From positions 3,425 through 27,424 of the forward strand of contig JBATRZ010000058.1 of NCBI GenBank assembly GCA_049292975.1: a DNA stretch of 24,000 bases, in the 5' to 3' direction. The notes below the pieces were generated by a model. It saw nothing but the letters and a program-made list of their open reading frames with translations. It searched no databases and was not told the DNA's origin. This document shows positions 6,680-12,593 of the stretch, one piece after another. A program made the translations under genes and the position numbers. Numbering within the stretch: the first letter of the stretch is position 1; each line of letters starts with the position of its first letter. The DNA is from Candidatus Saccharimonadales bacterium (GTDB lineage Bacteria > Patescibacteriota > Saccharimonadia > Saccharimonadales > JACDBH01).

Positions 6680-7385
6680 AACTCAGCCCGTCTATCTTGA
6701 CAGGTAGCTCGCGTGTGTCGCCGTAGGCGCGGGGCAGCATTTGTGACGGATCCCAAGTTGTAATAATGGGCTTTAGCTCAGTACCCATCTGGTATTTACC
6801 GCTAAAGCCGCTGTCGCGTCCGGCGCCGTAATTACCCTCTACCTGGCCGGATTCATGGAAGACAATTTGGGCGATACGCTCACCTACCGGCAACAAAATA
6901 GTTTCGCGCTGGTTAAGATTAAAAATCTCGAGCGTCAGGCGGTTGATGTAGCCCGGGTCTATCCAGCCAGCGTCAAAACACACGGCGACGCCGTTGCGGC
7001 CCCAGGACGAGCGGCTCTTTACCTCACATGCACCCGGCGGCATGATGCCAAAAAATTCATGGGTATGGGCCAGAATGCGCTCACCCGGCTTAAGGGCAAT
7101 GACAGGATGATCTTTAGGTATGTTCTTTTGTAATTTGATGCCGTTCAGGTCGCACCATTGCCGGTGCGGCATGGCCTTGTAGGGACCGTCAAAGTAACGC
7201 TCTACGTCTTCGCGGTCGAACGGATTGTAGATATTGCGTTCGTTAGTTCGCTCAACGCGGTAAAAATGATACCCGAGCGTCACGTCTAAAGACGCATGAC
7301 TGACGTGTTTCGGATTAAACGGCGTGCAGACGATATGGCCGTCATCAATGGCTGCGCGTATTTGCGTGTTGCTGAATACCCCCAA
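6672..7385 (-). CDS. dcd: dCTP deaminase family protein, possibly a bifunctional dCTP deaminase/dUTPase
   Basis: 237 aa with Dcd-like blocks (SLDVTLG, SRSSWGRNGV, IDPGY, LEIFN, IAQIVF, KYQ). It has a TTG start with AGGAGAGGGG upstream. Its stop overlaps the tmk-thyX start by 8 nt. Confidence 0.85.
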   Translation of the reverse strand: MGVFSNTQIRAAIDDGHIVCTPFNPKHVSHASLDVTLGYHFYRVERTNERNIYNPFDREDVERYFDGPYKAMPHRQWCDLNGIKLQKNIPKDHPVIALKPGERILAHTHEFFGIMPPGACEVKSRSSWGRNGVAVCFDAGWIDPGYINRLTLEIFNLNQRETILLPVGERIAQIVFHESGQVEGNYGAGRDSGFSGKYQMGTELKPIITTWDPSQMLPRAYGDTRELPVKIDGLSYE

Positions 7386-7460
7386 AGTTCGCTACCCCTC
7401 TCCTGGTCTACATTCTAGTGTACAGACCATAGACTAGCGCGACAAGCATAATCATGTTGT

Positions 7461-7506
7461 AAAAAAACTCCCTGGCTGTAACCAGTTTGCAAGTAGCTTA
7501 GGGGAG
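7461..7506 (-). terminator. possible terminator closing the rplA unit
   Basis: On the minus strand CTCCC...GGGAG, with an inner CTGG-ttacag-CCAG, is followed by TTTTTTT. Confidence 0.4.
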
Positions 7507-7525
7507 AACAGCCCTGGCGTCAGGC

Positions 7526-7596
7526 TTACCCCACAGAACAGGTTGTGCGGGGACCCCGTCTTTACCCCACAGAACAGGTTCTGCGGGGACCCCGTT
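7526..7596 (-). repeat. tandem 36-bp repeat in two copies, each forming a hairpin
   Basis: Copies at 7526-7560 and 7562-7596 differ at 2 positions. On the minus strand CCCCGCAGAAC-ct-GTTCTGTGGGG folds with a G-U pair. Each copy also contains the palindrome CGGGGACCCCG. Confidence 0.85.
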
Positions 7597-7652
7597 TGCC
7601 AGCGTCCGGACAACGCTCCAGAGCGGAACATTCCATCTCAAATGCGATAGCG

Positions 7653-8561
7653 TTAAAGCTCGGTGATAGCGACTTTGATGCCCGGACCCATAGTGGTCGA
7701 AATTGTGATGTTGCGCACGTAGTTACCCTTGATAGAGCTTGGCTTGGCAGCCTTAACGCTGGCTAGTACCGTCTGCGCGTTTTCAAGCAACTTGCTGCTG
7801 CCAAACGATACTTTGCCTATACCCAGGTGGACGATTCCGGTCGAGTCTACGCGGTATTCGACGCGGCCGGCCTTTGCTTGAGCCACTGCCTTGTCTACAT
7901 CGGTAGTGACGGTGCCGCTTTTAGGATTCGGCATCAAGCCCTTGGGCCCTAAAATACGGGCATACTTGCCAAGCTTGGGCATAAACTCCGGTGTGGCGAT
8001 AAGGATATCGAAATCAATTGTGCCCTTATCCAGGCCGGCTAGCAGAGCATCGTCGGCTACGGCGACACGTACGGTTTTGCCGGTGCCGTTTGGCAGGACA
8101 AAGTTATCGCGCAAATTCTGATCGGCCTGGCGCGGATCGACATTAAGGTTGATATGCACCTCGACAGTCGCGTCAAACCTGGTAGGACTGGTTTTAGTTG
8201 CCAGATCGACAGCATCGGCCAGGCTGTATGCTTTGTCCTTTTCAACAAGTTTGGCGGCTTCACGCATTTTTTTACCGGCGCGTTCCAGACGGGAACGGGC
8301 CGGGAGCTTAGCCGGTTTCTTGTCCCCGGATGCCTCGGTTTCAGCCTTGGATGCTTTGCGGGCCTCACGGGCTTGTAGCTCCTCCGCTTCTTTAACTGCC
8401 TTGGCGCTGCGTTTACCAGCCTTGGCAAGCTTGGTTTCAGCTACTTCTTGGGCGGTTGCTTGGCTATCTGCCTGAACCGTAAGGAGATTGCTTTCTTCAG
8501 TAATCCCACTATTAACTTCCTCTTCTGCTGCTTTTACAGCCTTCTTTTTGGCTTCTGCCAT
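7653..8561 (-). CDS. rplA: 50S ribosomal protein L1 with a charged Lys/Ala/Glu-rich N-terminal extension of about 75 aa
   Basis: The L1 core is present ([23 protein letters not shown]...LPNGTGK...[12 protein letters not shown]...[15 protein letters not shown]). The start is taken at ATG 8561 (AAAGGATAAATCT upstream) rather than TTG 8609. Confidence 0.93.
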   Translation of the reverse strand: MAEAKKKAVKAAEEEVNSGITEESNLLTVQADSQATAQEVAETKLAKAGKRSAKAVKEAEELQAREARKASKAETEASGDKKPAKLPARSRLERAGKKMREAAKLVEKDKAYSLADAVDLATKTSPTRFDATVEVHINLNVDPRQADQNLRDNFVLPNGTGKTVRVAVADDALLAGLDKGTIDFDILIATPEFMPKLGKYARILGPKGLMPNPKSGTVTTDVDKAVAQAKAGRVEYRVDSTGIVHLGIGKVSFGSSKLLENAQTVLASVKAAKPSSIKGNYVRNITISTTMGPGIKVAITEL

Positions 8562-8575
8562 AGATTTATCCTTTC

Positions 8576-8607
8576 GTGGTGCATACGGCTTAGCGGCAGC
8601 CTCCCAC
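8576..8607 (-). promoter_or_regulatory. candidate L1-binding leader that mimics the 23S rRNA L1 stalk
   Basis: The minus-strand RNA is GUGGGAGGCU-gccgcua-AGCC-guaugca-CCAC. As I recall it, GUGGGAGGCU matches the E. coli 23S L1-stalk sequence GGUGGGAGGCUUUGAAG...AGCCGACCUUGAAAUACCACC. Confidence 0.5.
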
Positions 8608-8625
8608 AATTAGTTTGATTTGTCT

Positions 8626-8655
8626 ATTCTACCAGATATGGGCTAAGATTGCTAA
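8626..8655 (-). promoter_or_regulatory. promoter TTAGCA-18-(TGg)TAGAAT for rplA
   Basis: The -35 is at 8650-8655 and the extended -10 TGGTAGAAT at 8626-8634 on the minus strand. It overlaps the stop of the upstream ORF. Confidence 0.6.
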
Positions 8656-8984
8656 CGTCCGTCACTTGCATTGCCGGTATTAAACTGGCCTTCAACGAAA
8701 TCTAAAAAGGCTTGCTCGTGGGGTGCCAAGGTTTCATAGCCTTCCAACTTCCACTTGTGGCCGATGATGTCATCGTATCCCGTAACTAGGCCGGCGGCGT
8801 TGCGTTCGATAGCCCAGCCGCATGCCGGGCCGCCAAGTCTATTCAGGAATTGTCTGGCAGCGGTATCGCCCTCCTGGGCCATGCCAAGCAGCAACGTCAG
8901 CGTACCGCCTTCGATAACACCCTGCGGCGCGTACTCGCCAGCGGTTGCGTGCGGTGCGCGCATTTGTCCGTCATGCATGGTCAT
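8652..8984 (-). CDS. hypothetical protein, about 108-110 aa, inserted between rplK and rplA
   Basis: The ORF is GC-richer than its flanks, and GGGAG precedes the second ATG at 8978. I recognise no family. Confidence 0.55.
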   Translation of the reverse strand: MTMHDGQMRAPHATAGEYAPQGVIEGGTLTLLLGMAQEGDTAARQFLNRLGGPACGWAIERNAAGLVTGYDDIIGHKWKLEGYETLAPHEQAFLDFVEGQFNTGNASDGR

Positions 8985-9083
8985 TACTCCCAGTATAGCC
9001 CAGGTTGGCTTCTAGAATCCACCTTTTAAACACGCGGAGGCTAGAGCTGAATGTTTCGATGCAATCTGGGATGAAATGCAAGC

Positions 9084-9120
9084 AAAAAATCCGAGCTGTA
9101 TCTGAATACCGCTCGGATTT
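9084..9120 (-). terminator. intrinsic terminator after rplK
   Basis: The minus-strand AAATCCGAGC-(14 nt)-GCTCGGATTT is followed by TTTGC. Confidence 0.8.
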
Positions 9121-9156
9121 ATTTGTCGCAGGCTGGCGCCCGGAATGCGCGTAAGA

Positions 9157-9591
9157 TTAAGCCTCTAGCTCGACGCCCATGCTGCGGGCGGTCCCTGCCA
9201 CCATCTTCTTGACGGCTTCTAAAGAATCGGCGTTCATATCTACCATCTTAGCCTCGGCGATTTCGGTTAGCATAGCTTGGGTTAGCTTTTTACTAACCTT
9301 TTCCTTATTCGGAACGCCAGAACCCTTATCTATCTTCAGGGCTGTCCGGATAAGATCGTCCGTAGGGGTACCGACGGCGCGCCACTCCATGGTGCGGTCA
9401 TCAAAAATCGTAATGTGAACGGTAAGCATCTGACCCATCTTGTCCTTGGTGGCATCGTTAAAGGGCTGGATAAAATCCATCATGTTTACGCCATATTGGC
9501 CTAAGGTGCTGCCAACAGGCGGTGCTGCCGAGGCCTGGCCGCCTTTGATTTTCATCTTCAGGTTTGCTTTTACTTGTCTGGCTTGTGCCAT
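9157..9591 (-). CDS. rplK: 50S ribosomal protein L11
   Basis: The sequence KMKIKGGQASAAPPVGSTLGQYGVNMMDFIQPFN is L11-like. The start is taken at ATG 9591 (GGAGATAAAATC upstream) rather than 9621. Confidence 0.95.
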   Translation of the reverse strand: MAQARQVKANLKMKIKGGQASAAPPVGSTLGQYGVNMMDFIQPFNDATKDKMGQMLTVHITIFDDRTMEWRAVGTPTDDLIRTALKIDKGSGVPNKEKVSKKLTQAMLTEIAEAKMVDMNADSLEAVKKMVAGTARSMGVELEA

Positions 9592-9655
9592 GATTTTATC
9601 TCCATAAGGTTCTGTGTACAAAGTGAAGCCCGTAAACAGAGTGCGTAACTAATAA

Positions 9656-9684
9656 ATTCTAGCATAGTACCCCTGTAATGTCTA
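9656..9684 (-). promoter_or_regulatory. promoter TAGACA-17-TAGAAT for rplK
   Basis: The -35 is at 9679-9684 and the -10 at 9656-9661 on the minus strand, immediately after the sigma gene stop. Confidence 0.55.
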
Positions 9685-9686
9685 CA

Positions 9687-10814
9687 TTAAAGCTCTTCAG
9701 CATATCCGTCGAACTTAGCGGATTTGGCGACGGCTCGCTTGCTGGTGAGTATGATGCGCCTGATTTTGCTCTCCGGCTCGCAAATATGGGCGGCTATCTC
9801 TTTGTCGGTCATTGGCCGGTCATAGCCAATTCCAAATTTCATTCGCAGTACTTCTGCATGGCGGCGGTTACCCACCGCCGCCTCTAGGTTTACCATTTTT
9901 ATGGCTTCCAAAGCTTGATCTTCGGTATCTTGACCAGGGTCAGCGATGGTGTCGCCAAGCATCACATCGCTTGTACCGTCACGGTTTATAGGCATGTCCA
10001 AGGAGGACGGCGTGGCAATGCGAAACAGTTCCTCGTGGTAGTCGCTCAGCGGCACGTCATCAGTCTCTAACCCGCGCAGTGCAGCGCGCAAGGATGATGC
10101 CGCTTTTACAGGCACCCGTATTAGCGATGCTTTGTTATTAATGGCATTGCCTATAGCTTGCTGGATCCAACGTGTTGCGTATGTAGAAAACTTGAACCCA
10201 TAACGCCATTCGAACTTTCCGACCGCATGCTCTAAGCCCAAATTACCCTCCTGGACATAGTCCATTAGGTCCATACCGTGTTTGCGCGGGTAGCGCGAGG
10301 CTATATTTACTACCAACCGGAGGTTGGCGCGTATAAAATGATCGCGGGCTGCTTTGCCTGCTTCCACTTGCTTGCATAAATAGGCAGGTACTGCGTGCCC
10401 GGGCTCTTCACGCCTGCGCATCGAAATATCAAGGGCAGCTTCTTTGCCACGTTCAATTGTTTGCGCCAGCATTACTTCTTCCTCGGCGGTTAGCAAAGGC
10501 ACGTCGCCCATATGGCTTAAGTATTTGCCGACCGTATCCAGTTTGCCGCGGTCCCATTTAGGCTCGGATACTTGCGTGCCGGCTGCCATGCGGGCTTGGC
10601 GGCGCTCGGCTGCGCGGGCACGCACATCCGCGCGGCTGTCAATCAGTTCGGCTCGGCGTAACTCTGGTGTGAACTCCTGATCAAACTCCGCCATATCTAT
10701 ATCTGCCTGAGCGCAAGCAATGGCAAGTTCGGCGGCTGCTTGCTGGCCTGGCATTGGTATAGCCTCTGCAAACTCCAAAATTTCGGGTCTGGCTTCTGGC
10801 ACGCAGCTCCCCAT
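9687..10814 (-). CDS. RNA polymerase sigma-70 family factor with regions 1.2, 2, 3 and 4
   Basis: Region 1.2 is YLSHMGDVPLLTAEEEVMLAQTIERG. Region 2 is IRANLRLVVNIASRY...DLMDYVQEGNLGLEHAVGKFEWRYGFKFSTYATRWIQQAI. Region 3 is IRVPV. Region 4 is AEVLRMKFGIGYDRPMTDKEIA. The start is uncertain (10814 or ATG 10754). Confidence 0.9.
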   Translation of the reverse strand: MGSCVPEARPEILEFAEAIPMPGQQAAAELAIACAQADIDMAEFDQEFTPELRRAELIDSRADVRARAAERRQARMAAGTQVSEPKWDRGKLDTVGKYLSHMGDVPLLTAEEEVMLAQTIERGKEAALDISMRRREEPGHAVPAYLCKQVEAGKAARDHFIRANLRLVVNIASRYPRKHGMDLMDYVQEGNLGLEHAVGKFEWRYGFKFSTYATRWIQQAIGNAINNKASLIRVPVKAASSLRAALRGLETDDVPLSDYHEELFRIATPSSLDMPINRDGTSDVMLGDTIADPGQDTEDQALEAIKMVNLEAAVGNRRHAEVLRMKFGIGYDRPMTDKEIAAHICEPESKIRRIILTSKRAVAKSAKFDGYAEEL

Positions 10815-10876
10815 CTGTTACATTGCTTGTTTTCTATAAATTAACAGACAATACAATTAAAGTAAAAAGCTATTGG

Positions 10877-11419
10877 CTAAACTTTTTTAACCTGCAGGCT
10901 GTCAAGCTCAACCGGTGTCTCGCGGCCGAACATATTAACCAGAACCTTGAGCTTGCCCTTTTGGACATCAATCTCGCTAATGGCGCCGTCAAAGCCCTTG
11001 AACGGACCATCGGTGATATTAACCACGTCGCCAATGTTGTAATCAATCTTATGTTTGGGCTCGTCGCGGCCCATACGCTTCATGATCTTCTCGATCTCAT
11101 CGCTGCCGACAGGTGTGGGTTCGGTACCGGTGCCAACGAAACCGGTCACGCTAGGCGTGTTGCGCACGATGTACCAGGCATCTTCTGATAATTTCATCTG
11201 CACAAGTACGTAACCCTGGAAAATACGCTTCTCTACGACTTTGCGCTTGCCGTTCTTGATTTCGATCATCTTCTCTTTTGGCACCAAAACCTGGTAGATC
11301 TTGTCTTTCATGTCCAGTGAATCCGCACGCTGGCGGATAGATTCAGCTACCTTTTCCTCGTAGCCGCTGTAGGTGTGGATGGCGTACCACTGCTTGGTTG
11401 TATCGTAACGTTTGCTCAT
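10877..11419 (-). CDS. nusG: transcription termination/antitermination factor NusG
   Basis: It has the NGN domain (WYAIHTYSGYEEKV...) and the KOW motif (IGDVVNITDGPFKGFDGAISEID). AAAGGAGC lies upstream. Confidence 0.96.
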   Translation of the reverse strand: MSKRYDTTKQWYAIHTYSGYEEKVAESIRQRADSLDMKDKIYQVLVPKEKMIEIKNGKRKVVEKRIFQGYVLVQMKLSEDAWYIVRNTPSVTGFVGTGTEPTPVGSDEIEKIMKRMGRDEPKHKIDYNIGDVVNITDGPFKGFDGAISEIDVQKGKLKVLVNMFGRETPVELDSLQVKKV

Positions 11420-11445
11420 TATAAGCTCCTTTCGGTCGCAGAAGT

Positions 11446-11521
11446 TAGATTATAGATTTTAGATTCTAGAATAACTGTATTAGAGCTTATTCTATAATCT
11501 TTAATCTGATTTCTGGAATCT
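11446..11521. repeat. mirrored heptad arrays forming a long imperfect inverted repeat between secE and nusG
   Basis: TAGATTA TAGATTT TAGATTC TAGAATA lies at 11446-11473. After a 12-nt centre, TTATTCTA TAATCTT TAATCTG ATTTCTG GAATCTG lies at 11487-11521. The period is 7 bp in both arms. Confidence 0.75.
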
Positions 11522-11527
11522 GTCATT

Positions 11528-11935
11528 TTAGGCTCTAAACACTATTCTGCGTATTATTTTATCAAGTACAAAGTCGGTACCGGCGGCAGCCAGGCCGAAG
11601 ACAACGGCAAATACGATGACCGCGAAGGTCAGCTTGATGGTGTCCCGCCGTGACGGCCAGGTAACCAGCCGGACTTCTTTCCAGGCATTGCGGAAATAGC
11701 GCGGCCAGAAGATACGGCCCAAAAATCTGCCCACGGCGCGTACAGGACGGGTGCGAAATGGCGCGGTAATGAAGCGTAATGGCCGGGCCAGCGGTTTCGC
11801 TACTCTGCCTGCGGCACGGCGTACGCGCCGCTTTGGTTGCTTGTTAGCCTTAGCCAGCGTCTTCGCGGACTGCTTGGCAGTTTTCTCACGGACGGTCTCG
11901 GCTTTTCGTACCCTTGGCTTCTTGTCTGCCACCAC
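11528..11935 (-). CDS. secE: preprotein translocase subunit SecE with a basic N-terminal extension of about 75 aa
   Basis: The C-terminus FRNAWKEVRLVTWPSRRDTIKLTFAVIVFAVVFGLAAAGTDFVLDKII is typical SecE. It lies upstream of nusG and has a GTG start with GGGGA upstream. Confidence 0.85.
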   Translation of the reverse strand: MVADKKPRVRKAETVREKTAKQSAKTLAKANKQPKRRVRRAAGRVAKPLARPLRFITAPFRTRPVRAVGRFLGRIFWPRYFRNAWKEVRLVTWPSRRDTIKLTFAVIVFAVVFGLAAAGTDFVLDKIIRRIVFRA

Positions 11936-11949
11936 GGTTTTCCCCTTCT

Positions 11950-11978
11950 ATTAAAATAGCTTACTACTAGAGTAAGCT
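11950..11978 (-). terminator. possible terminator after 12003..12410
   Basis: AGCTTACT-5 nt-AGTAAGCT is followed on the minus strand by ATTTTAAT. Confidence 0.4.
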
Positions 11979-12002
11979 GTTCGAAGTCAATATACACCCC
12001 CG

Positions 12003-12410
12003 TTAGCGAGATGTCAATAACTGCCTGGCTGCCCGCTTTTTACTTATGACCGCTCTTACAATGCCATATAAAATGCATAACCCGCTTAAGACGCCCGCAA
12101 TTACCAAGTAGTTCAAGAGATAGTGGCTCACGATAAAACTATTTTCGTCAGCGTAGGGACTCTCCTTAACAAACGGGGCAATGCTGTACAAGTCTTCGTA
12201 AGCAGGGTCTTTTGCGAATGGCTTACCGGTTTCTGTTTGCGGATAATATCCTGGAACGCCGCAAACATTTAGGCCAGCATTTCTGGAATTTGCATCGGGG
12301 TGACTAGGGCCGCAATCCGTGTATACATCGTGAGTCCATGTGATACTGCTCATGGCAATAGATAGAGGTATAGATACGAGCAGGATTATAAGGATAATCA
12401 GTTTTTTCAC
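12003..12410 (-). CDS. secreted, membrane-anchored hypothetical protein with a signal peptide and a C-terminal TM helix
   Basis: The N-terminus is MKKLIILIILLVSIPLSIA and the C-terminus is LLNYLVIAGVLSGLCILYGIV followed by a basic tail. It has a GTG start, and the GC content looks lower than its neighbours. Confidence 0.65.
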   Translation of the reverse strand: MKKLIILIILLVSIPLSIAMSSITWTHDVYTDCGPSHPDANSRNAGLNVCGVPGYYPQTETGKPFAKDPAYEDLYSIAPFVKESPYADENSFIVSHYLLNYLVIAGVLSGLCILYGIVRAVISKKRAARQLLTSR

Positions 12411-12418
12411 TCGTTGCT

Positions 12419-12447
12419 ATGGTATAGGGCTGCAAAAGACTAGTCAA
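12419..12447 (-). promoter_or_regulatory. promoter TTGACT-17-TACCAT, 8 nt from the GTG start
   Basis: The -35 is at 12442-12447 and the -10 at 12419-12424 on the minus strand. There is no SD between the -10 and the start codon. Confidence 0.5.
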
Positions 12448-12593
12448 TTGTATTCAAGGTGAAAGATGACAAGCCCGCGACTTCTAAATAAGCAGACGGA
12501 CTCCATACGTAATTAATAGCACACACTGTCAGATAAGTCGTACCCGTAGTACCTACCCCTGTAATTAGGCTTTGCGCAGTCATATTTAATGCT

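Noticed and set aside
6672-7385. dCTP deaminase considered as an anti-phage nucleotide-depletion defence gene.
   Set aside because: It lacks the extra N-terminal kinase-like domain described for defensive dCTP deaminases. It is also translationally coupled to thymidylate synthesis genes, which points to a housekeeping pathway role.
7526-7596. Possible CRISPR array, because of a 36-bp repeat with a palindromic core.
   Set aside because: There are only two copies, they abut directly with no spacer, and there are no cas genes in the window. A REP-like tandem hairpin fits better.
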